Below are positions 13,278 to 26,458 of a DNA stretch of 64,000 nucleotides, one piece after another. Location of the stretch: the NCBI GenBank assembly GCA_000708835.1, contig DF237143.1:62001-126000 (forward strand), in the 5' to 3' direction. How positions within the stretch are numbered: position 1 is the first letter of the stretch; the number at the start of each line of letters is the position of its first letter. The notes beneath the pieces were generated by a model. It ran no database searches and was not told the origin of the DNA. It worked only from the letters and a program-made list of their open reading frames with translations. This DNA comes from Klebsormidium nitens. Lineage: Eukaryota > Plantae > Klebsormidiophyceae. Both the position numbers and the translations under genes were made by a program.

Positions 13278-14773
13278 TGGCCGGACGAGGGAGTCTAAGA
13301 CCTCCCTTGCAAACCCCTCAGCGGAACCAAAGAGCTGACATCAGGGGGTTACTTCAGACTGCGCTGGTCAACGATTGGCTTCTTACCTAGCGACAACAAG
13401 TTGGCACTTGACCGATCTGCACGAAGAAGGGGGCAGGTCAGGATCAGAGATAATGAGTCAAACGATAGCAAAGCTGGTTCAATTACCAAAACCTGAGATC
13501 TCTGCTCAGAGAAGTGTATCCAAGGACAGCTCCTGCATGCACAGGCCAAAACAGACGTACTAGCACGCCCAAGAATGATGCCCAGATCTTTCAAGAAGTG
13601 CTGAGGTCGTCAACGTCGTCACCTACTCGTCGCCAGACTCAACTTGCAAAGAAATCAACTCGAGGTCACAAGAAGGAAAATTTCTTTCAAGAGTAAAGCT
13701 GCTCACCTTGAGATGCTGAATGGCAGGTGTCCAGGAAGAAGGAGCTGCAAAGAAGGAAGGCGGCAGGCCGGGCGCTTTGCTGCTGCGCTCCGGCTTCACG
13801 GGAGTGACGGGGATAGTGACTGTGACTGGGTTGAAGGGATGCGGTAGGTACCTACCTAGGTACCTCAATGTGGCTTTCAAACTGTACCCTCAGATTTTGA
13901 AAACTGTCAATCCTTTGCAGCCGTCGATGAACATTCTTTGTGTGATCGACGGTCGAAAAGCCTTACGTGATATCCACCATGGCCCATGGGTACTGTTTGT
14001 ATAACACGTGTCGGGTACAGATTCGTAGCTTTCGATCTTCTCTGACTCGGCTGCCGACATCTCGAGTCCAGCTTCGCGTTTCACACCACGATTGAGGGGA
14101 TCGACGGCGCCGCGCCCCATGTACTGCTTTCACCGGATGTAACGCTGTCCTTCCCCGGCCTGGCTGAAGTCAAGCAAAGAGTTGATTGAGGGCCGCAGCG
14201 GCTGTGTCGTGTTGTGCAGCAAGCATGGCCCCGAGCATTGGTGCACAATCACCGCTGCCAACTAATAACCTGACAAGGGAGGAGGAAGCAAACAAACAAG
14301 TTCAAAGGGTTGCAGATTAAGTTTGCCCCAGGCAGCTAGAGGGCGGGTTTGGTAAAAAGATCTTGCCAGTGGCAGTAGTTAGTGAAAGCAGACATCACTC
14401 GCATTTGGTCTTACATTGCCCACTCCGAACCCTCAACGAACGTGTGAGGAACTCGTGAGCACAGATCAAGCAATAGTACTGAATGGAGGGGTCCAGAGTA
14501 CTTTCAAGATGTCAAAAGGTCAGGACTTTCTGCACCACCAACATATCAACCGACGCATCACAATTGAGAAGCAATGCACCGTGTGCGGCGAAGCAAGCGC
14601 CGAGGAACAGATTGTTGATGAGCAGATCGAATCTTTGCAAAGCGCCACTTGGCCGCCAACACCAAAGTTTAGCTTTTGCTTGCACATTGCGATCAAAACC
14701 CTTTCAAGGAAAGCACTCGAATGACGCAAAGAGTAGAAATGTGTCCGGTAACACCAGCAGACAGAAACTAGGC

Positions 14774-17735
14774 ATGGCCCGGTGCTCCTCAGATGGTGTT
14801 GCCGCAATTGATGTGATGATGCCCGACGGGGCGTCTGAAGATTACCCCATCACATTGGAGGAGGCAGATGCATCAGACGGCGAGTGGACTAGGAGGAAGC
14901 GACATGTGAAGAGGCTGAAGAAAGTGGAGAGCACCATTGAGAGGGTGAACTACATCATCCTGACCTCCCCCACTTTCAAGTTCTGGCAAACCTGAGATCA
15001 GGGGATCTTTCTAACAGTAAAGACTGCCATTAGACTTGACACTTCAAAGCTGCCGCCCCCAGCATTACACGCCAGTGGTGCTGCTTGCGGGGGCTGATAT
15101 GCTGAAGCTTTTCAAGTTCAAGAAGTACCATTATACATTACGAGAGAAACCTTGTTCAAGAAGGAGGGAGATCTTGTGCGTGTACCAAGGCGCTTCAGCT
15201 TGGAATTGATAAGAAACGTAGTTGTTTCCGGAAGACCACTTGCTCCATCTTCACATGTGGCTTCGTCCTGCTTAACTCATAATCTACTCTACCAATCTTA
15301 AGCCTTTATCTGCGAGGTCCTTGTATCCCACCGACAACAACCTGACTTTATTTGTCAACTGGATACTCGACATTGCTCTGATCGACTTACATCTTTGCAG
15401 GTGATATTTGACTGCCGGTTCTTCGCTCTGATGGGGGTAGTCGGCTCATTGATCGGCTCATTCCTGTGCTTTGTGAAGGTGAGCCAAGTGCGATCTTGCT
15501 ACCGTACCTTTAATCTCTGAACGTCCAGGACATCAGAGCAGAATTCAAAGAGACTTTTGATCTAGGAATTCGATACAATTCACATTCTTGTCGAAAGTTT
15601 GACCATCGCTACTGATATTTTCACCGCTGGTCTCGTATTATCATAACATTCCACAGAAGCTGCCTTCCATCATGAGGGGCAACAAGCAAAGCGCAGCAAG
15701 CCGGCAGCTTTTTCGCAACTGAGCTGTGGGCCTTTCCCTGTGTGCGTACATATCAACAGCCTCTCCGACCAAACAGACGTTGGTGCGCATACATTTTCCT
15801 AGATCTGTGCTCACAGGGTGACCTAATCGATTTGCAGGGCTGCTTTTATGTCTACAAGGCAATCATTGCCGCAGCCTTTGACGTCACGCACGGCCTCAAC
15901 TCTTATAAGGTCGTCCTCAAACTGATCGAAGCCCTAGGTGAACTGTCTTCATATCTCTTCTTCCCCCTTGTTATCTTTTCTCAAAGTGTGGGTCTGGTGC
16001 AGACAAGTTTCTTATCTGCGCGCAGCTTGCAAAAGGAACATGATTCATTTGCGGACACCCAATTGTATGCACCCAAGCTGGCGGCAAAATCAAACCCATT
16101 CTGAGTGGCTGACTTTCGTCTGGCTCTGAGTATCTGAATCTTGAAATCATCCTCCCTGCCGGCAAGGCGCCTTGATTTTGCTTCTCTTGTAATCCTATCT
16201 CAAGCTGGCCGCAAAGTCTGACTTCTTTAGTGCACAGCTTGGAACGCTGCACCTCAAGGACTTTGCTTAACAACGAGCCTTCGTAATAAGCATCTGAAGC
16301 ATTTGGCCCAGGTTGTTCAATCATCTTGGTTCGGAACCGCTGCTTCCAAACTTCTAACTTTGCCCGCAGTTTTCATTTTGTACAGACACTCAGCTTGTGC
16401 CTTGCTTTCAAACGTCAACTCTCGAGGCTCCGCTTCAAGTCCCTGATTTCCATGTCCTGCTCCCAAAATCCACAATTTCTCCGCACACTCGCTTTGGTGC
16501 AGACACCTATCTTGTGGCGACCGTGATGCTCATCTTTGGCATGGGGTGAGTCGCCCCATTCCAAATTTCAACTCAGTCTATTATAACGTTGGTGCAGTGT
16601 TCTCATTTCTCACCTGTCCCGTGGACCCCCAGCTCTTCAATCTGGATATGGCTCTCCTTCGCGTGAATATGAGCGAGCGTTTCGACTTGCTGAATGTGTG
16701 GAATTGGGATGAGAGTCTCCGCTAGAACTTCAAAATCGATCGATCATTGCTGAGATGCCGTCCAACTGTCAAATCTGCGGCTTTAAATTGGATCGTTATT
16801 GAGAGGGAACTGCGCCTCATCTACCTAACCGCAGCCGCTGAAGGGAGGAAAGTGGCAAACCGTACATGTTTGCCTTGTTTTGCAGGTTGTACGAATTGTT
16901 CGTGAATGAATTGGAGGCCGTAGCGACTACTGATTCGGTCGTAGGCTGCAAATCCAACCTGTTTGGACTATTTCGCTTGAGGGTGAGCCTCACGGTCGCC
17001 GCTAAACTTGACCATTAACCGTCCAAGCATTTCTCTCGGCCGCTACTTTTCAATTGATCTTCCTGATCAAGATAAAACACTTTTTCACTGCATCTCAAAT
17101 GCTACCGCCCCTTTGTGCTCTATTTACACGGATGGACCGTCCTAGCACACAGGATTGTCGTTACTCTGCATCTGCAAAAGGACGAAGGCCGCAGCGTCTA
17201 GTTTCAAGCTCGGGGTTCTCTTTGACTCTGTGAAAGCGGCCAGCAGAACTTCACTGGTCAAGTTGAAGTAGACTCTCGCACATGTTTCCTGCTTTTTCAT
17301 CTCCATTCGCATTTGCATATGCAATGTCCTCAACCAACCTTGACATGGTCATACCCCCTGGGTTGTCCTTTCACCCTACAGCCCCTTCCCAAGTCCTTCT
17401 CCCAGGTTCCGTCAACTCCAGAACGTCATTTTTCGCTGTCAAGTCCCATGGTCTATCAGTTCACGACTTTCCGCTCACTGTTTGCGCTCAACAGAGTCCG
17501 TTCGCTCCGTTCGCAGGAGCGCCCCAAGTGGCTGCAGATCAACGGCCTGGATGCGCTGAAAGAGAAGCTGGGCCACGTGATCGTCATGATACTGTTGGTG
17601 GGCATGTTTGAAAAGTCCAAAAAGGTGCCCATTCGAAATGGCGTGGACCTCGTGTGCGTTGCCACTTCAGTGCTCCTTTGCGCTGGCAGCTTATACCTGC
17701 TGAGTCAGCTCAGCAAGAACGGCAACGGGCACTGA
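14774..17735 (+). CDS. UPF0114 (YqhA-like) membrane protein, plant type; further 5' exons possible
   Basis: Exons 14774-14944, 15401-15478, 15838-15937, 16503-16545, 16886-16982, 17517-17735 join in phase. Motifs VIFDCRFFALMGVVGSLIGSFLCF, IEALDTYLVATVMLIFGMGLYELFV, SNLFGLFRLRERPKWLQINGLDALKEKLGHVIVMILLVGMFEKSK. Confidence 0.88.
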
Positions 17736-19070
17736 CACGTGACAGCTTGATGATTTTTAATTGGCATTGTATATAGCTTCCCTACTCCATTCGAGACGAA
17801 CTTCTTCTGGTCCGGAGCCCATTGCTCCATAGAGACAAAGAAGGTTTTCCAATGGAGAGTCGCCGGCTGAGTCACGCAAAGCTGCCGGATAGACGGCACC
17901 TGCTTGCAGCGAAACGGGTGATACTACTCGTGAAAGATAGATTGGCAAACATCAAATAGAGGTCAAGTGTACATATATGGTGAGAGATAGCTGGACCCCT
18001 CGCCTTTGATCGAGCATCCTAGTTTTACTGGGTGGGAGGCCATCATTTGAAGACAGCGTCATTGGATTTGGGAGAGATGGCCGGCGATCCCGATATCGAA
18101 GCGAAAGCGACTGATTCGCCCGCGACGTACGCCAATAAGGTGCAAGCGCGCTGCGTGGCACATGCTCCATTGGAAGGCTCCCTTAACTGGATAAGCATAT
18201 TCACTTGATTTAGTTTGTTAATGCTGTATCATTTATCCTCCAATTTTTCTCGTACTGGCGAGCTGTTTGCATGTCTGCCAACGTGTAGGCGGCTTCTCTG
18301 AGCTTCCACTGATTGCATTGAGCATCTTAAGTTTGGAATGGGCATGCCGAATCGAACACGACGGTCGAGCGGATCATAGGTATAGCCATCTGCATGGCAG
18401 CGCCGCCGCGGGCCTTATAACTAGCTGCAGCGGCTGGGGCGGGCGCGCAAATAAACGGACCGGGAGCCCTAGATGTCGGTATGCTTATGTTAACCTGCCA
18501 TGGCACATATGCAGTATAGCTCATGGGATTTGTACGTGCAAGCCGCCCCGGCCGCAGTCCTGCAGGCCGCCCTTGCGACGGTTACTCGATCCACGTCATT
18601 CAGTTTGTTGATCTCTGCCCTGGCACTCTTACCAGCCACTGCATGCGTTGAAACGAATGGACCATAGCTTGCGTCGCTTAGAATTCTAGATCTTGTTAAT
18701 GCACGATGCACTGTTCAAGCAAGTAGCCCAACAGAACGGTTAATGCATGCGCATGTAGACTTGCAGCTCGGAGCTTGCATCATGGCTCTGCTAAACATCA
18801 CCGCGCCCACAGCATCTGGCATGAATAAGGCTTTCTCATGACTATCAGCAACTTAGATTGACAGCCAAAACCGTCGAACGGCAACGCTGTTTACAAGTCG
18901 AGCCTGATTCATCGCCTCCCTTCAAGTAGCCGGCTATATTCGACGGTGGAACCTTCCGCTTGTCCGTAAAGCCCACTAGCTTCAACCAGCTGGCATCAAG
19001 GTAGTTTCGTCTTCGAAGCTGGCCAGTACTTAATTTGTTCCCGCTTCTCTCTGGGTCTGTACGAAAGTCC

Positions 19071-22000
19071 TCAACCTGGCGGATCTAGAGGCCAGTGCTT
19101 TTCCCCGACCGCTGCTTCGAGGTCTTCTCCTAGACAAAGCAAGGCCTCATCCGCTCCCCAGTGTCCGGCTACTGTAACAGCCAGCGGAAGAACTTGGGAG
19201 GAAGCCCCGGTTATGTGCCCAGTGCAGAGAGTAACTGTAGGGAGGCCCGAGTGCGACCAGGGGACGGACATCCGGGGGTCACCGGTAGAACCTAAGAAAA
19301 CGAGCGAGAGAAATACCGTCGTTTGACAGGTGGCTTCGGGAGAATGGATCGGTAAGTGCGACTATTCGACCAATTTGTAGACTGGGGGGTCGAAGGGGCG
19401 CCCAAAGATAATATCAGACACTTTGCCAGGTTAAGCAAAGCAGACCAAGGAAAGGACAAAAAGGCGTACGAAGGACCGTGTGTGTCCTATTGATGTGGGG
19501 AAAGAAGGTTCCGCAGGATGGCTGTACGGAATCATTCCGCGCGTTCCGTTTCAAACGCTGATCTCGTTCTTACTGGGCGGCTCCTTCGGCAGAACAGGCT
19601 TCCTCCACTCGAAGTAGGCGCGCTTACACGACCGCCCTTCGCAGACTCATTTTGAACCAAAAAGCTTTACGACGGAAGCAGCGTCAGACGTTGAAAAGTA
19701 GCAGAAGCTACAAGTCGTCCAGCCGCATACAGAAGCCCATGTCGCACAACCAAAGTGTTTCTAAAGATCGAGTTCCGGAGTCCGCTCACCGAGCCCAAAA
19801 GGCGGGGGCCCCGTCGCAGCCGGGGCAATCCAGCCGTCCAACCGGTGTTGCGCCATGAGACTTTCCAGTCTGTGTCGCAGTTCTAGTGTGGATTGGCGAC
19901 CCCGTTCAGCTTCTATCGGGGCCACGTTCTGCCCTTGAATGATCAGCTCGACAGTCTGCATGAGCAACTAGAGAAGCGAGTCAGCCGAGTCGCGCCCCCA
20001 ACATGGATGAGACCGCGAGACCGATGTCGAAGTCGAGTCGGATAGCGCACAATGACGGATGCCCCTGCTCAAGCTTGGCGCTCTCTTCCGCTAGAAGAGA
20101 CACGGTGGCAATCTATGTAAGCCGCGAGCGGCCGGGAATGATTCAGTTCTGGCCCCTTGTTCGATTCGAACGACTTAAATGGCGCCCCTCTCATCGTGTT
20201 CATTTGACTTTGAAGTTTCTTTGTCGAGGCTCAACGCCGGCTTTGATAGTTGAGAATTGATGGAAACCAATCCTGCGAATTGGTGTACAGTAAGGATTCC
20301 GGAAATCGCGTTGAGAAGCAGAACTCAAGGAAAACAGAATTCCTCGCTTGCCTGGTTGCTGGCAACAAGGGAAAATACTTCATTTCAAAGAGAGGCCGAC
20401 AGATTTACTGTTTTAACTGAGGGCAGCTTTGCGTCCAAATTGGAAGGTTCACACCTTTGGTCGGTACCGCGCAGCGTAGTCTCGGAACCACTCTCGATGA
20501 AGATCCGCAATTTCAAACGCCTCGAGCGTCCGATGGGCTCTGCACAAAATAAGCAGCTCGTCAGCCCCTCGACTTGCAAGAATTTGAAGCACTGAATCTC
20601 AAAGGCACAAAGGTTGTAGACAGGAGATCCTTATGGGTCTGAAAACTTGATTCTGTAAGGTTCTAGGGCCCAGAATCCTAGCTAATAAACCCCGGCGAAG
20701 AAGCGGATGGGACCAGAGTAAAGTAAGTAGAGGGCGACATTATTTTCCAGACAGATGTGAATAGAGCGAGGCACTGGGTTGCAAGGACTCGGCCCAAGGT
20801 CATCTTTTCGAGGTCCCAGGAAAGGAAGAGACAAGTAGGTAGGAGAATTGCAACGCTGTGCGTGTCAAAATCGAGGAAATTTTACTGCTCAAGGCCGAAA
20901 CACATACAGCTGCAACCAAGACGCCAAGGGACTGCTTACCTGTCAATGTCGGCGATGTCTTCCAAAGCGGGCACTCTTACAATCTCAAACCTAGAAGAAA
21001 ATGAAGTCACCGTGAGGCGCGAGGAGTGACGTTCGCACGAGAGAGTCTTGAAGATTGCCAATTCTTGTTCTCTTGAGCCTTTTACCTGAAGTCCTCGGTA
21101 ACCTTGAAGGAAACATCGATCGCCTGTGTTGACTTCGCCAAAGCGACAAGCGACTCCAGCAGACTATAGTCGCTTTGTTCGCTCTCGCAGAATTTCCACT
21201 ATTCGTATGGACAGGTTGCAGGAGACGCAGAAAAGCAAGGCGGACAAGCAACGTCTGACTGAACAGAATACAACGGCACCCGATCGCTCCCGCAAGAGAA
21301 GGTTCTCGTGAGCCGTTGCAATGCTCCGTAGTCAGAGCAAAACTCCGGCAGCCACATCATCACATCGCGACCCCCGCATCCAGTTCTGATGAAGACGCTT
21401 CGACTAACTTCAATCAAACGGATCTCCAAATTCTCCATTGCAACCCACCCGTGTCTCGCCAGTGCTCCCAGCGTCTTCTCAAAATCCGCCAGAGCCGCGC
21501 CTTCGCAGCCCCGCAAAAACGGCCCGTCTGGTACGCCAAGCCTCTTAACCCGCGCTCTTTCCCCGGCCGCATTAAGCGGAGTCTCCTTAGACCTGATTGT
21601 CTCGTGAAAGTCTGCTTGCGGGTCTTCAGAGATGACCGGTTCGAGGCTTCCGACGGTATCGGTCGGCGACCATCCAAGTCGGACTGTGGGCTCCCAGTTC
21701 GCCACTGTTGCAGAACACACCGCCCGGAGGGGCGCCACGTGGCGGGTGAAGAAGCCGACCTGGTCGATGGAAGGGCTGCACTGGAGGGATGGAATCTCTC
21801 GGTGCGATGCTTTTGGAAGATCGACAAATTCTGGGTCCCCGAAACATAAAGGGTCATGGGTTCGTTCTCAACCCGGAGTCTCACTATCTCGCAAAACGGC
21901 CGGAACGAAGTCCGCTACTTCGTCCAAAACCCATGAAAGTCTCACTTAATGCACTGCAGTTCCGTGCTGCAACATCTGATCCCTTTCGGCGGGCCCCCAA

Positions 22001-25000
22001 CCTGGGACCTGTAAAGAGCTGGGCCCTGGACGGAAAGAGCTCTGAAACACGGTACAGAGTGGGCTTACGGGAATGATTCCTTTGATGGATATCCGGCCTT
22101 TGGACGGCTTGAAGCCCACAACGCCGCAGTACGCCGCCGGGCGCGAGATCGAGCCGATGGTCTGGGTGCCTGCGAGGCGCGGGCACGGAATGACGTCAGC
22201 TCCTGCCTGGCTTTGTTTTGTTGGAAGGAGAGAGTACTTGATTAGTTGAGATACTTCCGCTGGGCTTCAGTTCGTATGCAGGAAAGAAGTGTCCAGAGGC
22301 CAGTATGTTTCGACTGAGCAGATCACCTGCGTTTTTTATTAAGTTTGCGGTGCCACGCTTCAGGCGGCTATGCCAATTCTTTTCAACGCCTCTGTTAAGT
22401 GCCCAGAGAGAACCGGGCTCCAAAGATTGATCACTCACTCGAGTCAATAAGGTCAGTGTTAGACTGTCAGCAACTGAAAATATGGAAAGACGTAATGTTG
22501 ACACTCGAAGGTCCAATACTCATCAATTTGAGCAGATGTTGGAACGACCTTCCCCTTTTGGACGTCTTGCTAGGCTGCCTGGGAACAATCTACTCTCAAA
22601 TTATTATAGATCAGATTGACTTGGTTGAAGTTTAGTGCCTTCCTCGAAAACTAAATTTATAGATCAGAGAGATTTGATTAGAGTTTAGTTCTTCCCTCGT
22701 GAATGTTCTGCGTGGGAAAAGACGGAGCTTTCGTAACGAACGCTTGCCTACGGCTATGTCGCACAGGCCGGCCGCGACCGCCGCCGCAGGTCCGCTGCTG
22801 GAACCCCCCGGAGTATGGCCCTGTAAACAATCCAGGGAACGTCTTCGTCCTTTTGCGGTTTGTAAAGGTGTCTTAACGATTGATGCGTTTGTAAATTTCT
22901 TGATTTGAACACGAAGGTTGACGCCCATCTTCTCGCTTGTTGTGCATACGATGCTCGGAGATGTACGCTTCCGCGGCGCTCACGAACGAAGTTGGCGGGA
23001 ACTCGGGATACCGAAGGACGAATTGCGGCAGACTCTGACTGATGCAATTCTACGATGGGCGGTGCACAAGCGAACTGCACGAAAATGACGGTCTGTATCA
23101 CTACCGATCTAGTCGTCTAAGGTAAGGATTGTTGACATGGTCATGTCCTGATTGTAAATAGGATGGCCACTCTCTCTGCGTTGCTCCGATGCTTCGAGCG
23201 GCTCACGTGCTCTCATCAAGACCCTTAGTATGCCCATGCTTCATGATTTTCATATTTTGAGCTTTCTTTTCCAGAATTTTTTCTGTGGAGTCGAGGACGA
23301 GGCTCACCGGCGCGACGGGGTTCCGAGTGGCTGCCGGCTCAAAGTGGGCGAACTCGGACGTCGCAGCCTTGCCCTGGACAAATGCAGACACTAGCAAGTG
23401 GTAAATGTTTAAGTTGATGCTCAAAAAAGTAATTCCAACAACACAGCAGAGCGAAATAAATCTGCGCGCAAAGCAGCTTCAAGATTCCTTCAAGCATCTG
23501 AACATTCAAGGTATTTGGCTGGACTCTGACTGCCCTCCCCTGCGGCTTCACAGGGAGCATCATTTTGGCGAAAAACCTCTGACAAGGGCTTCAATTAGTT
23601 CCAGCCAGTCAGTAAAGTCGTGCTGGTTCCATGCCGAGCCCTTGCAAGACTGAGGCGAATCACTCCGCCCTCTTACCAGAATGAGCGCGCCAGCTGCCTT
23701 CAGATCCGTCACGACCTGCAAAGACAGGAGAGTTTGACAGGATTGCATGCAGTTTCTAAGTTTATCAGGCGGGTACAAAGCAGTGATCCTGACAAACATG
23801 TGTTTCCAGAAGTCATGTCGAAATATTCGTGAGCAGGGTAGAAAGGGCAACTCTACTGCTTTTCGGGCTCTGTTCTTGTGAGATCCTCTTTCTGAGGATC
23901 AGGTAATAGTCACAGTGCGGATCAGGAGACTTTGTCACAGTTGGCCAATTTGCTCTTGCTTACAGCGACAGGCTTACCAGCTGACGTCATCCTCTTGCAG
24001 ACGCACCAATCAGAAATTGTGTGCCCGGGACAAAGTCGGAGAAGATTGCAATAGAGAGGCCCCCGCAGACTGAAAGAAGACTGCAAAGCCAGCAACCTCA
24101 CAGGTGACCGTATCTTTACTGCAGGAAAGCCCAGTAACAGCAGGCGGTTTGAGCGGCTTGCTTACAGGAGCTTCGTCCCCAGCCAACAAGGAAGGGGGCA
24201 GTAGACTGCCCGCTCTAGTTTCCATCCCAGACACATGAATCGTATCCTGGAGACAAAAACGCATCACCAAGTCAGTGATTGCCCCTTTTCCAGCTTTTGA
24301 ACCATTAGCACCATTGCGAACTGCCGCAGAAGCAGTTGAATGCCCATTCAAGGATACTGGACCTGCGTGAATCTGAGGGAGTTCTTATTGCAGACACCAC
24401 AGTGAGGGAAACCGGAGTGATTTGGCATTTTGCATTTGGAAAGAAGGCAGGACCTACTGCAACTATCCTTTGTGTCGGGCAAGCATGGTGTTAAGCAACT
24501 ACGGGTCAAGGGGCTTTGATGGGTTGGATTGTGTACTCAACAATGTGGGCCTCGTAGCTATGCTTGAAAGAACAAAGAATGCAATTCGGGTTGAAATATC
24601 GAGTGACACCTTGATATCCTGTGACTGTATGTCCCCCCTTCCAAAAACTGCAAACAGACTACACATATCGCAAGACGTGGTCGAAAGTCCCCGCTTTTGA
24701 CAAGCAAACCCCAAAACGAACAGTGACAACAGGCTCAGGACGTCAGGATGGAGGGAAAAAGCACCTTAATAGCGACGAGGAAGCCAAAGAGGGGGGGTAC
24801 ATGACCACTAGCTACACAATCGTTGACCAGGGACTCAGCATCATTCTGAAGGCGCCTGCACTTGGTCAAAAAGTGGGTTAGCAAGAAATACTTAAATTGT
24901 GAGCAGCCTTAGGCTACACAAAAGGAAGCCAGCGATCAGAGACTGCCCTGAATGATACAGGGGTCTAAACGGTCATGTTTGACTGAAGTAGGCCACGCAC

Positions 25001-25445
25001 CAGTAGTCAGCGAGCCCCAGGAAAAAGTGCGAAACTTACGAAAGGGCAAGCATTGAAGAAGCTCAGAAACCATACAATAAATACAGCCACTACATTTATA
25101 TCTTGGGTGGTATGGGAAAGGAGATGACTGGCCATATTACAATTGCTTGAGCAGCTGGAATGCGAAACAAGGCTAGAACTGAAGACAACTTAAGCGCTTT
25201 GCTAGAACGAGAGGTATTGAGTCAGTACACTCTCAGGAATTCGCTCTGAAAGACACGACGAGTGCACAAAGAGGACTCTGAGCCGATTCAACTCACTCCC
25301 GCCGTCCTGCTTCCGGCAGTAGTGCGCCCAGCGCCGGCTCCCAGGCATCTTCTGTCTCTGCAGCTCGCAGTAACACGGCCTGCATTCTCTCAACAAGTTC
25401 CTTTATGTTGATCTCTGAGCCCCCGGCATCCGTACGTCTGTGCAT
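19071..25445 (-). CDS. Amidase-signature (AS) family enzyme, about 12 exons; start codon approximate
   Basis: Spliced translation gives LGALLPEAGRRERLQNDAESL..PPLFGFLVAIKDTIHVSGMETRAG (catalytic Lys), GKAATSEFAHFEPAATRNP..GHTPGGSSSGPAAAVAAG (cis-Ser motif), GTQTIGSISRPAAYCGVVGFKPSKGRI (nucleophile Ser), CSPSIDQVGFFTR and PAATGPPPFGLGSTGDPRMSVPWSHSGLPTVTL. Confidence 0.88.
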
Positions 25446-25933
25446 TCTTCCAGAGCACATTATAGTAATGAAGCGAGATTTGTGCAGACTTTTGGCATGC
25501 CACTGCCTGCAGGGCGGAACAATCGTATCCCCCGATGGCCCACATTTATGGAGCTCACAAGTCAGCAATCGTTGGACTGGGATACATGAGTGACAAGTTG
25601 CCAAGGAAGGGAAAGAGACTACGCAGCGCATACCGTCATGTTTTCAAGCAAAACCTGTAACCTGAATACTGTAAGACGGCATTCCTCTTGTTCACAAGAA
25701 AGAAGAACTTGTTCACCATCATGGAATGCGAGGGAAGATGGCACGATGTGGTAAGACGTTGAAACTTATTACCTAGATTTCCTCAGCTTCTGCCAAAGTG
25801 GGGCGGCCGCGAGGGGATCGCGGCCGGTGGCCCACCCTCAAGTGATCGGACGGCTTCAAGTCCTTTCGAATCGGAGATCGACGGTAACAAGGCTTCTGCT
25901 AGCCACTTGGCACGTTTAGTCGGGAAATATGCA

Positions 25934-25969
25934 ACGTGGCGCCCTCTCACAGTTCGAAACTGGCCACGT
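25934..25969. promoter_or_regulatory. Inverted pair of ABRE-type ACGTGGC elements in the shared upstream region of the amidase and ERD7-like genes
   Basis: ACGTGGC at 25934-25940 and GCCACGT at 25963-25969, each about 0.5 kb from both start codons. Motif match only. Confidence 0.4.
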
Positions 25970-26458
25970 CAAGATATTGAGGGGGATCACCCCTCAGCTC
26001 AGGTCGGCTGCCTTTCGTTGCAGCTTCTCACGACGGTTCTGTAACAAGAAGATGGCAACACCCAAGGACAAAAGCAGGCCTGGGAAGAACGGTGCCTGAG
26101 CAGGAGATAGAGGTATTCAGGTGCAATAACTCCCATAATATAGGTATTGTGTCCCGTCTGGGGTAGTTTAGCAAACGAGCCATATTTGAATTCAAAGAAG
26201 ACTACCAAAGTGATTTCAATAGAACAGGACAGATTCTGTTTCAAGAATCTCGGCAATCTACTTGGTATTTGATTGCTTTCATTTCCCGTTTACCCCTTCT
26301 GAATCCTTTGTAAATCCAGGATCTTATCCACAGTCAGGTCTTGAGTTTCGTTTTACAGTCTTTTTCGAGCATCGAGATCTTTGCGCTGGTAGCTTGAACA
26401 GGCAAACCTGACCCCGCAGAGGTTTGCATTCTTCTCCAAGCTGTTACAGAGTTCCAGC

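Noticed and set aside
13375-14260. Several short ORFs upstream of UPF0114 as a possible transit-peptide extension
   Set aside because: I could not find a stop-free, phase-consistent splice path to 14774; left unannotated.
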